From Paragordius varius (taxonomy: Eukaryota; Animalia; Nematomorpha), in assembly GCA_964247055.1 (NCBI GenBank), contig OZ176055.1, forward strand, positions 6,820,001 through 6,884,000: a stretch of 64,000 nucleotides of DNA, given 5' to 3'. A model generated the notes under the pieces. The model was given only the letters and a program-made list of their open reading frames with translations, was not told the DNA's origin and did not search any database. How positions within the stretch are numbered: position 1 is the first letter of the stretch; every line of letters starts with the position of its first letter. Made by a program: the position numbers and the translations under genes. This document shows, piece after piece, positions 40,451 through 54,722 of this stretch.

Positions 40451-41619
40451 ATGTGCACTCTATATCGAAATAGTAATATAGACATATTTCGATAGTTTAA
40501 TAGAGTGCGATGTTAATAGTACTCCCGAGATTAAAGGAATCGCTATAATCACAAGTGATCACATTAAAATTTAAACATATACTAATGTCAGTTTACAAAC
40601 GAAGCCACAATTATATTCCATACTTTTCTTCACGGGAGGAAAAATCCGACGAAAATACTAAGACATTTATTTAAATTACACTAGTCGACAAATTTGGACA
40701 TTTTTGAGCACCACCACTCAAACTTTTAAATTATGACTAATTTCAGTGTTTTAAAACCGAATGTGAAAAAAATTTTGATCCCGCTAATCAGAATTTCGAA
40801 ATATTATAGGTTTTTCAATTTTTCAAAAACAAGAGAAAATCGAGAGAAAATTGATATATATATCGTTAATATTTCTTACTTTCCTGAAACGAACTAAAAC
40901 GTAAGTTAATGTTTGTGAGTTCGTTCAAACATATGAAAAAATTACAATAAAAAATTACAATAAAAAATTAATTAGTATCAGGGGTGAAACAAGATTAATT
41001 TGACTTGACCGTTTCAGTCTGCACAAGACTCCCCAATCCCATTCACAGCATAGCCTTCACGGGGCATTGATTACAAAAGTTTGATTTATTCTAATATAAA
41101 TAAGGAAGTTATTAAAGTTATAGCGGTTTACCTTTATTCAGAAAAAAAATTTTTTTAGGATTACCTTTATTATATTAAATATTTTTTTATTTTTTGTTTA
41201 TATTTTATGGTATATTTTAATTAGTTATATTCAAAGGAAAAAAATGGTTGTTTCTAAATTCATTATCTGCCGTAAAATGTTTGATATAAGTTAAGCATTT
41301 TTAATTCGGTTAATATTATCTTTATTTAAGCTACAGTTTTTAAAGTTTTAAAAATTTGGTTTAAAATTATTATAAGTTTAGTATGTTTTGGAAATCAAAT
41401 TGGTTATATGATTAAGATTTGTAACCTATTTGAATTAATTTTTTATTTGTACTATTTACCATATGCCACTGTACTATATATATTTTTTTTAATTTTAAAT
41501 TAGAAAAAGAAAGATACCCCAATGTCTCGAGTGTAAGCGTTATTCACATATTATCATTATCGGTTCTCGATTTTTTATTTCTAAACTTTTTTTGTTCTTT
41601 CTTTTCCTCGTGGTCTAAA

Positions 41620-44600
41620 AAAACACATAGCAATTATTTGCAATTTGCATTCTCGGCCGTTTTTTTCCAGTTGTTTTGTTTAACTAACTGAATAAATTTG
41701 TTTTCATTCAGAATCTTGAAAGAAATGCTAGGATGTGACCTACCAAGTAGTTTTGTTTTGTTTGTAATTTTCGGTATTATTATCTTTCCACGATAGAGCT
41801 TCCCTCATTGGTAAGGTGACGAGATTTTTTGAAGGAAAAAGCGAGACAAATCCGAGAAGGGGGGATCATTGGGGGGTACAACCAAAAATTTTTATACAAA
41901 AAATTTATTGTAATATTTATTTATTTTAACACAAATACATTATAAATATAAAAAAAATTGTACCTTACAGTTGTTTGTACCTTATTCAATAATTTACATG
42001 TGCACAAACAAAGGGTGAAGTGATTGTAATATTCTAGAAAAAAATATCTAAAGACGAAATCATCACAAAGTGCGCTGGGTGATGCAAGAAGCGGCACAAA
42101 AAATATTTTTAACAATTTAGCGAATAATCTTAATCAAAACATTATTGGCAGATACACACGCTATTCAAACAGCTACTGATTTGTTACCCCTGGATGTGGA
42201 AAATATAGATGTTAAAATGCTTGGACATTGTAGAACTGTTGGTTAGATCTTTTGCCAGCGATTAATATTTATAAAAATGTGATCTCCTAGAATCCTATTT
42301 TTTATCACAGGACAAAGGTCAAAATTCCAAGTCAAAAGAGGATAAATAATTTTATACCATTACCTAATCGCAATATTATAAAGCATCCAGAAAAACAAGG
42401 CTCAATGAATAGCCAGAATATAAAAATGTTTTATACAAACAGAAACGATTATTTGGAAGACAAGACGGTGCACAATGCCACTTTTTTATGAAGTCTCATT
42501 ATTAAATAAATATTTTGAATGAAAACTTATATTATGGACAACAGAAAAAAATACGTAGGAGAGCAATGGTTAAAATAATCATTTTTTAACAAATTATGTT
42601 CCATACAATAATATTTTAATTGTAGAATTTGCATTATCTTTACCTGATCCACTGCTATTGAACGCGTTTTTCCACAGTAAATTAAGTAAGGACACGGAAT
42701 CAAATTTAAATGTTGAATAAAAGCCATTTTATGTGTTCAAATATAATTTGACAAATTATGAAGACTTATACAATATTTTAAGTAATTTTGTTTATTTTTT
42801 AACATAAAAACTTTATAAATATAAGAAAATATTATTTTCTAACAGTTCTTGACATTGAAATTTTAGGTTACTAACTTCATTGGCTACTTCGATTGTCGAA
42901 ATTTCTTCTACAAATTTAATAACATTTTGAAAGAGAGAAGCTTGATTTAAGAACTTTAATAAAACTTTTTTAGGACATTTGTCCTGTGATAAAAAAAAGA
43001 TTTTAAAGGATCATATATTTTTAAAATTCTTTCGATAGCTGGCATAAAAGCTAACCAACGAGTTTTACAATATTCAAGCATTTGATATTGAACTTCTGCA
43101 TTTTCACAGAATTTTTTAATCGTTTACACGTACCGTGTATATATAAAAATAGGAATATATTTTAACAACTACATTTTCCACATCTAGGGGTAACAAATCA
43201 GCAGCTGTTTGAATAGCGTTGTGTATTATATCCGCTGCACACCCAACGCCAATAATGTTTTGATTAAGATTATCTACTAATTTATGAATATTATACGTTC
43301 CCCTCCTTGCTTTTCCACCAAAGTTCGTATTGGTGTTGTCAGCGCAATATGCAATAATTTTGTCTCTTAAATTATTTTTTTCTAGAAGATGCATTATTGA
43401 AGTAAATATTATTTCGGAATCACCGGGTAGAGAAATTAAATCTAAAATTTTAATTTTTACTCCGGTTTCTGAATCAAAATATCTTATTAAAGTGGGAAAT
43501 AATTTTGTTTCATGGTGATTTGATGCATCAGATTATAGGGATAAGAAATTAATTTTAAGTAAATCTTTTTGATTTCAGAAAATGCATGTGGCGAAAGGAC
43601 ATTGCACAAAATAGCTTCAGCCTTTGTACGGGCACATGTAAATTTTTTATGGAATAACGTGCGAATAACCTGTGAGGTACAGTCCATAGATCTAAAGGAA
43701 TGATTGTGATTAACATCGTGAAAAGATAACACGCCCTCAGCTAGTGCCAAATTCTTTTCTTCCTCTCCAAAAGCGGTTTTTCAAAAAAATCGCTCATTTT
43801 GTAAGATGATGCCGCCATATACATTTTTTATGTTTATGTGTTTCCATATGCTCTGTAATATCATGCTTGCCGCCATGTGCTAGGGTGAATTCCCCCTCGC
43901 ATATAAGACATTTAACAGGATTCATTCTTCGTTTTTTTGATAAAAGGATAATCTTTCATTAATTCATCGTTGAATTTACAACCTCTTTTTGTGCTCATAT
44001 TTATAAACTACTATTAGTATAATAAATATTATATTACCTTAATTTTCTGGAATAAACGTGTAAGGTACCGATTGTGGTATCAATTTGTCTTTTAATCTAG
44101 AGATTTGTGGTATTAACTTGGCTTTTTGATAATGATGACAGTAGTAGTAGGAAGGAAAGTGTATAAATGATATAAATTGGAAAATAATAAATATTAATTT
44201 AAAAATAAAAAATTTTAATATATAGATATTAAAGATATTTAATGATAAAAAATTTAAACGGATAAAAAAAATTTATTTGTATTAAAAAAATTTTTTTTTA
44301 TATAATCTTGAAAAAGCGGGACATTTTAATAACGTAGCGGGACGCGGAACAAAGTGTGAAAAGGCTGGACTGTCCCGCCAAAAGCGGGACGTCTGGTCAC
44401 TTACTCATTGGGCCTATGTTGTATCTTTTTATTTGATGTGCCATACCATTTAATGCTGCTAGGGGGATAGCGTTTTCTAAGGGAATGCATTTTGTTTCAG
44501 CGTAAAGTGCTGAATTGGATATTAATGAATGGTTTTGATAGGAATATCCCATTATTTTCCTTAAGGCTTTGTTGATGAATATTTGAGTTCTGTGTAAGGT

Positions 44601-46470
44601 TTTTCTTTTTATTGGTCATACTGAGAAGCTATATGTTTAAAAGTCGTATTTTCAGTTGTTTACTAAGATTTTTTGAACTCCAGAGTTGGCGCATTTCACC
44701 AAATATTTCCTGGGTATTGTTTAATCTGTTCATTGCGTTTAAATCTATACATCCTTTATTAGAGAACCAGTCTCCTAAGTATTTGTATTTGTCTACTATT
44801 TCAAGTTCTCCTATTGTGAGAGGAAATTTTTTAATTGATAATTCGGATGTTGTCATAACTTTGGTTTTCTCCATATTTACTATCAGACCTGCTTCTTTAA
44901 ATTTTGTTGCTAAATAATTCGATGCAAGATCTAAGGGATTCGATTGATTCGCTAACTATACATATGGCATTAGCATATGCCATTATTTTGTAGAAGCTTA
45001 ACTCACATTCCATTTCTTTTAAAATTTTATCTGTAATGAGATTAAATATTTTTGGGGATATTGGGCATCCTTGTTTGACTCTTCTAGTAGTTGAAAATAT
45101 ATTTTCTTAATGACCTTCATTGACTACTTGGAATCTTTCATTTATTAACAGGTTAATTATAAAGTTTTTCCAATTTAGATCGAGTTTTAGATTGTTTATT
45201 ATTTTTATTATATATTCTCTGTTTGCGTGGTCAAACGCTTTCTTGATGTCGACGAAACATATCCAGATTGTGTTCTTAGCTTAATGCTTTTTTCGATGTA
45301 TATATTTAAAGCAGTGAATAGTTCCATTGTTCCGCATCCTTTTCTGAATCCACCGATTGCGGGGTGAGCTCATGTTCTAGCTTCTCAAGTTGTCGCAGGG
45401 CTGTTGTTGCCAGGATTTTATAGATAGTGTTGGATAAGGTTATACCTCTATAATCTTCAGGTTTACATTGGTTAATCTTTTAAAGTTTTTATGGTAAATG
45501 TGAGCCATTCCTCGTGGAACTCCCCTTTATTGAGGTATTGGTTTATTAATGGTAAGGCGTTGATTGTGCAACAGACTCGATCTATTTTCCAACTGGTTGT
45601 CGTTGAATTATCTGGTCCTGGTCCTTAATAACTTTTAAGATTCTTTAATATGCTTTGAAATAAATTTACGTCTAGGTTCAATGAAAAAAGAAATGTGGTT
45701 GTTTCGTTTTTTTCGTATGTTCCTCTATATAGGTCATATAGTAATCGGTTAGATGATTGACAATAATATTCGGGTCGGAGCATTCGATATTGTTAATTAG
45801 CAAGGATGATGAGATTTTTGGCCTTTTGACAAATTGATTGTATGTATTGAATAATTCTCTTGGAAGATTGTGCAAGCTATTCATGTGTTTAAATAAGTCA
45901 TATATTTTGTCCTGTCTCTTCTTACCAATTTATTCATTTTTTGTTTAATCCATATTTTTTTCCTGAGACTAAAACATTTATTTTTTGTGTCCATTATCAT
46001 TTTTTTTGTTTTGTCTGATAATATTTCCAATGATACATTTTTAGGAGAGATGTTTGTCATCTTTAATTTGTGGATGATTGTTTCCCATTGATTTACGGGT
46101 CCAGCTATTTTGTTACTTTGCATCCCTTTCCAACCTATTTTGTATTCTAAGGATAGAGGTTTGTGGTCACTAAATGTGCCATAATAATTACCACTTTGTG
46201 CCATTTTAATTTTTCTAAAGCAATTTTCTTTCATTAATATAAAATCTATTTGCGAAGATTTTTTGGTTGTAGATATTCTGGTATATCTCCCTTTGGGGCC
46301 ATTGAAAAAAGTATTAGTTAATAATTCGGTTTCACAGAACTGGGCTAGTAGTCTTCCATTTGTGTTAGTGATTTTTGGCGTGTATTTCCATATTGCCCAT
46401 GTAAAATGTTGGGAACCTATTTTTGCGTTCATATCACCGCCAATTATAAGGGTGCTGTTCTTTTGATGGA
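41620..46470 (-). mobile_element. 5'-truncated RTE-like LINE (APE endonuclease + RT), interrupted by a hAT insertion
   Basis: Endonuclease GGDMNAKIG, TNTFF, SQIDFIL, SDH; RT GFRKGCGT, FVDIKKAFD, VKQGCPISP, YKYLG. The C-terminal reading continues across the hAT TSD into 41811-41620. Confidence 0.88.
41812..44403 (-). mobile_element. hAT DNA transposon (Blackjack-like TIRs), 2592 bp, decayed transposase
   Basis: TIRs TAAGGTGACGAG and TAAGTGACCAG with GGGAC subterminal motifs; perfect 8-bp TSD CTCATTGG (41804-41811, 44404-44411). Transposase from ATG 43998 with zinc-finger-like AHGGKHDITEH, CARTK, GCAADIIHN and TRWL. Confidence 0.92.
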
Positions 46471-47143
46471 AATTACTTTATTATAATAACAAGTAAAAGG
46501 TATATCATAATTTAACTTTTATTTGATTTAAGAAAATATATTTAAATTATTTTCATAGTTTTTAGAATTCATGGCCTGATTTTAATCTAAGTTTCACCAT
46601 AAACCATGGATATATTTATTTAAATTAGGTAATTTGAATAATTTATCTATAAATAATCTTTTTAACATTAAACTATCTAATATATATATTTATATGTGTA
46701 CCCTTTGTAAAATTAATATCCGAAATTTCCCATGTTCAGCACATTATTTGTTCAAAGTTTAAACTTTTTATGTATCCATTTAATTTGCACACATAAAATT
46801 ATTAGTTATATTAAACAAAAATAACATGTTTATATAGAATAATTTTATTTTAGTAATCTAAAAATAGCAAATCTTTATCGATATAAATAATATTTTACAT
46901 ATATAATCAATAACCAAGTAATCTAAGGATATAATTTAACCAAATATAAAATTTTATTTTGTGAATTTTTTAAAAAAAACATTTAATTATGCTAGGCAAA
47001 ATTTTCTTTTTTTCAATTTTGTTTATGCTCAATACAGGTATATTTTAGATATTTTATATTCATTGATGTTTATTATGTGACGAAATAAATATTTAAGTTA
47101 AGGTCAAGGTAATTGTAATGAATTTGTTTGTTATCGTTTAGTT

Positions 47144-47325
47144 CATGGGTGTCCAACACCATATGTCTTCGCGGAATATATTCTTTGATCTATTTATTTA
47201 TTTATTTTGAGCCCAATTTCGGATGATATATCTTCTAAATAATCGAATTTTAATTGAAATCAAATTTTTTTTCTCAACATTTTTTAAAGCTCTATTGGGT
47301 AGCAATCGAGTGTTGGACATCCCTG
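47144..47325. mobile_element. hAT MITE, 182 bp
   Basis: TIRs CATGGGTGTCCAACAC and GTGTTGGACATCCCTG; perfect 8-bp TSD GTTTAGTT. Confidence 0.9.
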
Positions 47326-49135
47326 GTTTAGTTATTTGCGTCTGATTACTTCAAAAAAGTTTTACGTCAAAAATTTTTGCCGGAAAAAAATTTAAAGTTT
47401 CTTTATAAACTTTACATTTTTATGAAAATAAAATTTTAAAAACGTTCATTGTGTTAACACTTGGATACAACACATTTATTTCAGTCCTTTGATTTTAATT
47501 GGGGTTGTTGGGGATCAGGCCTCTTTAAAATCAATTATTTTAAAAAATATTGAATGGATTAAAAGCATTGCAAAAGTTTGCATTATAACATTGATCCACC
47601 AAAATGTAAAAGATTTATATCAAACCACCAGATTTTGCTTATTTTATGAATATTGAAATAAAATTTGAGCCGACATGACACGTGTGCATTAACTAATTAT
47701 GAGTATAATGCTAAATAAATCACTTTTTTTATATTAATGTTGAATGTCGTTTTATTAAAAATAGGCGTTAAAATCAAATAACACCATTTTCGGAAAAATG
47801 TTGCAAAATAAAAATGACGCCGAAGTTCTTTAATGTGTGGGACCTTTTATTCTAAATTTTATTTAGATATTTTGGCTTATTTATATAATTCCTATAAGGT
47901 TTGAAGCATGCTATTTTAAACTGTAGCCATCCTTTTAGTATTTTCTTAATATCAAAATATGGTATAAAGTCTCTATTTACCCTAATTTGAATCGGAATGT
48001 TAAAATAAAAGTATTTATAACAAAAAACGACTTTCTAAATAATGCTACAGCGTAATAAAATTTTATTAGTTTAAAAAAATGAATTTTAAAAGCAAAACAC
48101 AATAACAATTTTTTCTAGTTCATTGTCAATTGGATAGATTTGTTTAGGAAATTTGTTTATCAATTTTACTAAAATTTCGGTGTCAATTGGGAATTTCTAA
48201 ATTTTTCGCGGGTCGCACATACTGTAGGATCCACACCTCATATGGTCCTGCCTTAACTAAAATTGCGATGGAACTACCAAAAGTAGATTAAAACTATTAT
48301 TTTTATTTTGTTTTATCGAAAAACGTTTAAAAATGACAAATTTATTTTCTCCCTGTTGTTTTTTTTTTCTATAAATAACATTTAACATTTTTTAAAATGG
48401 ATTTTGCTATTTTTTCTATAAAAACATAATGTGAAAAATATTTTCACACACATGGATTTGCGGGTATAAAGAGTAACCCTATTAAAATGTTTATTAATTT
48501 ATAAAAATTTAGTTAGGTATTTTAAATTATAACATCTAAAATATGACACAGAATAAAATTTAAAATTTTTATCCAAATCCACGAATAAATGTTGTCAAAA
48601 ATGAATAATTCAGGTTTTAAGATTCAGTTAAAAATTTAAAATCTCTCGTTAGTTGCCTTGCTATATTTATTCATAATTATATAAACTTGATTTGGTTTTT
48701 TTATATAATTATAACATATCTTCTTAATTATGTAATTTCATTATATGTTTATCACTTTTATTTGTCAAGTTTTTATATCGATTGAGATAATTTGATTAAA
48801 TTAAATTTTTAAGAGTTTGCTTATAAATTTAACTATTTTTTGGTTAAAATATTAAATTTGTAAAAATAATAAAAAATAAACATACGATCAAATTTGTTCT
48901 TATCATTTTGTTAAGGTATTTCTTAGATTTTTGAAAGAAAAAATTTTTTATATACTTATAAATGGCCCATATAATCATCTCATATGTGAAGAAAATATAT
49001 GGCTTTTTGTTCTTCACAAAAACCTACTTGTAAAAAAAAATAAAAATGAACATTTTTGTATCAAAAGTAACCAATTATTATATTCGATACATTAATTATA
49101 ATTTTAACCTCAATAAATTCAAACCTATATTTATA

Positions 49136-52100
49136 ATGTTTTGGCTTCGTGTTATTTTGATACTCATTTGTTATTGGGCAAATGCTTATAGGCTTAAATG
49201 TTTTTTAAATTTTGGTCCCGTGGGTAAAGAATGGATTTAATCTCATTCCTTTTATTAAATGGTCGTTTTTGGTACAAATATTAAATACCCTCATTTTTTT
49301 AATAAAGGCAAAAAACTTCAATTTTAACGACGTTTTTAAGGAAATTGAAGAACTAATAATACATTTTAAATTTGAAAAATAAATTTATTTAAAACTTTTT
49401 GAAACCGACTTCCTAAAAAGGGTTATCGATTTCTACAAAATTGCGAAATCAAGTATTATATGTTTCAGGGGCCTATTTCCCTGAAAATCACAATTTTTAA
49501 TATTTTACAATATAAAGATATACTATAATTATTTTAAAAATAGTGAGAGAATACGAAGCAGTTCCAAAAAAACCAACAACAAGTATAATATATTTTCTAT
49601 CTAGCTCATCATATTAATTTACATATATGGTAAAGGTCAATTTTAGTCATACAGTTTTAATCAGTCGTAGTTATCCAAATGCAAAACGCTACAAATAATT
49701 CATTTTAATTTTTTTAACCATATTATAATAAATCGCACTTTTTTTAATTTAAAAACTTTTTTGTTATTCTTTATCAAGTGTTTTGCATATGTTTTAAGTT
49801 GAATGTAAATTTTTGAAAACGGCTATAGTCATGTGTTTATAATTTTTATTGATTCATAAAGCTTACATAACACTGCGTTCAAATTGGGGGGATATAAAAA
49901 ATAACCTGATCAAACATATATATAATATTTGATAGAAAAATGTATCAGAATTATCATGGTGCTTTTGGTTTTGGCCCTTACGAGTGATTTAAGAAAGTTA
50001 TTTACACTTTTGTGGTAAGTGCTTCATATAAGAAAATGGCAAATTTTCGAACATTTTTTTATAAAATATTTTTTGGTGAAAGCTAGAGACTTTGCGATGA
50101 CACAAGAATTTCAAAAAATTTTAATTTTTAGATGTGGGCTCCGAAATTCCCAATTTTCGCTCTTCCGAGAGCTAGGGCTCTAATATATGCTAAATTTTGA
50201 CACCAACCACAAATTTAAAAAAAGGCCTATTTTTTGAAAAATTTAATTTTATAGCAAAATTCTGTTCAGGCATACTTTAAACCTTTATTAGTCACCATGG
50301 AAACGGTAAAAAGCACTTTGTATTAAACATTTTTTCTACATAATTTAATGATGCTGAGCATTTCTATTACGTCAGGATTTCGTTCGTTCTTTTCAAATTT
50401 ATGTAGATCATGTGTTTTTTACAAAAATATAAAATCTTTAAACACGAACCACCTCTAAATTTAAATTCGAGGCGATAGAATTGTTAAACATCATCAAATT
50501 ATATAGAAATAGTGTTTATCTTTAAAAGCGTTATTATGCCGTTTCTATCATGCCTAAAAATAGTATGAAGTGCGCTTCAACAAAATTTTGCTAAACATTA
50601 AATTTGTGAACAAATAATGCCTTTTAAAAATTATTTTTAGCTGATCTTGCAATTAAGCATATATTTAGAGCTTTTATCGCGCAATCCCGGCATTTGTTAG
50701 TGATTTGGAATGAAGCCTTTAGCTTTTGCCAAAAAAATATTATTATAAATGTGCGCAAATTTTGCCAGTTTCTGATATGCAGCACTTACTACAAAAGTGT
50801 AAATAACTTTTTTATATAACTCGTAAGGGTCAAAACCATAAGCCTCATGATAATTCTGATACGTTTTCTCAGTGTATATATTCTTCATCAGGTTATCGAA
50901 ACTTAGCATCTTTATTCCATAAATTATTATAACTTGAAAACCGATAATGATCCAGCCCATTTTCTTTTATCTCATATGGTAAATGATCCCAAACATTTTT
51001 TCTGTTTCTTTTCGGCTATTCTTTAATTTATTTTAATTGAATTAAAACGCATCCCAAATATATATTTGTATGCATAAATATTATTTTAATCACATATTCA
51101 AAAAAATTTATTTCTAGACCTTTATGACTTTCCGCCTCAATGTAACCCTCCACAACGCCTTGGAAGTAAACATTTCAGTCAGTTTTGATTTAACTATATC
51201 TATTTAAATATAAATCTAACATGTTTTTTCCAAATTTTCTGAATTTCTTTTATTGAATAATTTCTTACTTTTTTTTAGATGTTTCTTTTGAAAGATGCAA
51301 TGGCATAGAATATATTAATAATCACAATATTGTCACCAAAAATCTTTCCTGCATTCCAATCTTTCGACAAAATAGGTCTGTTCCAAAATTTTTTTGCTTT
51401 TTTAGAAACTAATGACTTATTTATGTTTTAATTAATTTTAAACTGTATCAAAGATCACGGGTTCATAAAATATATAATATGTATATATATTTTCCAATGA
51501 ATTGCATCATGTTATCATGCTTTTATGCCAACACGCTGCCCGCTAAAAATCTGGATATCCATATATTGTATAAATATCATAAAATCTTCGTATAATCAAC
51601 ATTTCTTAAACAATCTTTCTAAATTTGTGTATTTAATCGGCAAGAACTAGAAAACATGTTGTATTGTGGCTGCATTTTACAGTCATGTTTGAAGTCGAAT
51701 AAATTATACATGAATGCCCATGCATATTTTAAATGCGGCCGACGAAGTCATTTGTGTTGGACACCTTTGGTTTAAAGAATATTATTTTTAAACTATAAAA
51801 GTATCGCACTATTAACACCTTTCAGATAATCTAAAAATCATTAAAATACAAAGCGAGGATGAATGATAATTAAATTTAAGGTTATCGCATAAAATTTACA
51901 CTTTTCAAAAAGGCATTGCTTAAATCACAAATATTAATTGACATTTTAAGGTTAAAACAACTATAAAAAAGTTAAAAAAAAATTTTTTCTTCATGATTCG
52001 ATGTCGCTTTAAATTTTATTATCTTAATATTCTAATTTAAAAATTTCAAATATTTGAGTTTTAAGCATTGTTCATTAGTAAATTTGGCTGCCAATAAATT

Positions 52101-52796
52101 TTTCATACATTTCTATTATTAGCGACATCCAATTATGCAGAATAAGTGTATATAATATTTAATTTCATGTATGCAAAATACCTTAATAGTTTTGACAAAT
52201 TTTGCCAATTCATTTAAAACAAGATATGCTTTTTCGAAAAAAATATGAGAATAGATAAAAGCAGCTAAAGCTATTGGTATAGACAGCCGTGTCTAAGACA
52301 AATCGCTTCGCTGGCCGCATTAAAATATAATTTCTTAACATGAAAAGGCAAACACAATAATTTTTTTTAGTTCTTTCCAATTCAATAGGTAAATTTAGAA
52401 GAAGAAAGGTTAATTTTGTTTAGATTTTATGAGCATATTTTTATGTATACTAGATTTTTCGCGGGCCGCCCATAATGTCTCGGAGGGTCGCATGCGGTCC
52501 GCGTGTTGGCCACCCCAGGGTTGAGATTTCATAAAAACTGTTTTAATTCCAATCTCTTGATATATTATATTTGTGATGAAAAGACAATTTGATCGTCAAG
52601 CTTTTGAAGAAATAGATATTAGACACACACTCAAAAATAATAATATATCACAAAATTTAAACGTCACTATTACATACGAATCAAAGATAACGAATTCGGA
52701 TGGCTATCTTACACTCATACCTCATGACGAAGATATGCTTGAGTCTATTAAAAGAATCGGAAATTTCTCTCTTAACCTTTCAAAAGAAGTTTATAA

Positions 52797-52836
<40 letters not shown>

Positions 52837-53081
52837 TTTTGTAACTTTATCCTTCTTAAATATATTCTCTGTAATTTGTCCTTTATAAGGTGACAAGTAA
52901 CGTGTTAGAAAGTCGCGTCGACTCTTAGCATTATCTTAGATAAGCGTTTTCGATTCCAGACAATCTTGAGACATCCAGATTATTTGAAAAAAAGGTAAGG
53001 TTTGTATAAATGTTCAGACCATTACTCTTTGAGGCGTCCTCTTTTGCGGGTATCATGGTGGACCAGCCTAAGGATAATTAG
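49136..53081 (+). CDS. Hypothetical secreted N-glycosylated protein, paralog Y (about 195-208 aa)
   Basis: Exons 49136-49223 (signal-like MFWLRVILILICYWANA), optional 49544-49582, 51118-51165, 51279-51375, 52584-52788, 52909-52994, 53018-53081 (tentative). GT-AG, phases consistent, frame closes. Exon homology to the copy at 59.5-61.3 kb. Confidence 0.55.
49915..50880. mobile_element. Long-TIR foldback element (TACACTG end), inside a gene Y intron
   Basis: Arms ~49915-50370 and ~50480-50880 are imperfect reverse complements, with TA runs on the flanks. Confidence 0.75.
52283..52518. mobile_element. hAT (Charlie-like) MITE; related right end at ~51730-51769
   Basis: Ends CAGCCGTGTCTAAGAC..GTGTTGGCCACCCCAG, GCGGGCCGC subterminal motif, degenerate TSD GGTATAGA/GGTTGAGA. 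Confidence 0.6.
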
Positions 53082-54722
53082 AATAGGACCAAGATATTTT
53101 AATTTTCTTAGATTATCAGATCGTAAAGCATGACCTTCAATCTCACAAACAAGGGTAGCTTTGAAGTCATCTGAGATTAATTCATTTCGTTTTTGCAGTT
53201 TGAAAATGTTTTATGGAGCAGAGAATAGACCAGATTAAATTCGTCGTCGGATGTTAGTACCACATGCATGAATCAAATTAAGTTTCAATGAAAGGATAAG
53301 GAATGTAATTTATATGATCCTGTCATTGATAAAATTGGTTGATCAGAAAAGCAAAACATTTATATATGATGCATGTACCGTATAAAGCTAGGATTGCCGG
53401 AATAATGCAAATTATAATTATTTTCGATAATGAAACCATTATGCTAATGCAGAATATCGCGATTTTTCAGACCTAACTACATTTCACTTAGAATATTTGA
53501 TATTTTTAGAGAATATATAAGATTTTTAAGATGGAAACACAATAATGAGAGGGTTAAATATGAAATACAAAATATCATCTCTTGAGTACTGCGAACCTCT
53601 TACTACCTAAAGTTGCGAATATAACCATATTTATTAATAATTGAGATTAGTGAGAGATTTATAGAATGTATACGGACAGTTTTGGTTATAGCTATTCGAT
53701 TTCTAATTCAGCGGTCTTATGGAAGTAGATGGGAAAAAATATGTTTGAGTATGATGCTGTCTCCTTTTGCTAAGACTCAATCTTGAAATTCTTTTAACGA
53801 TAAAAATATCAAGCGTTGTTTTAGCTAAAAAAGTCATAGCCAAATGTTTGCATTTAGTTCTCTTATATGGCGCTTGACCCAAAATGTTTTTCAAATAAAA
53901 CTCATCATTGACTCTAATTTTGTGTGCCAAAACAAGATCTATCCCCAAATTTGAGTTACTTTGAATGTGCTTTTTGTAAAAAAATGCATTTCAAGTTTAA
54001 GTTAAAGTTAATTGGATGATACATTTCTTATTTCATGGCGAATAAAATACAAAATAAATTCTGTGTGCTAGAAATTTTCAGCTGTCAAAATTTAGTGGAA
54101 AATGTTTTATGATATTTTATTATAGTATCATTATTAGTTTGCCTCAAAACCCATTTTACTGTTATGAAATAATTTCATCTCGTCATATCGGCTTTTTGCG
54201 TCTATAAGCACGGTAATTTTAACGGGTTCATAAAATAAAAATGTTTTAAGTATCTTTTATGCAAACTTAATGTAATTTTGAAAAATTAGAGTAAAGTATG
54301 CAACTCATAACGATATTTAATGGACAAATTTTCGTATCAGTCTAAGATAGAAGCTTAGAAAGCAGTTTTTTCATATTTTGAGTTTGGAATTTTAGTATTT
54401 CATATATTAACTATATAGAGATTTCCTTCTTTAAAATTTGGAAACTGTACATTTAATGGTTGAGCCGTTTTACCTTTATAAAAAGAATGAAACTAAAGCA
54501 AATTTGTTTTTTATTGTTTTCATTGCAAAGAAATTTCACAATACCCTTATAATTATTATTCTTATGTAGATCAAAATATCCGTAAAATCTTTGGGATACA
54601 AATATTTCTATAGTATAGATTGGAAAACTGGACTCTCATATATCAATACCTATAAAAAAGTACATTTAAATATAATATGTAACCATATAGAGATTATTAA
54701 CAACACTTTATATATATATATA

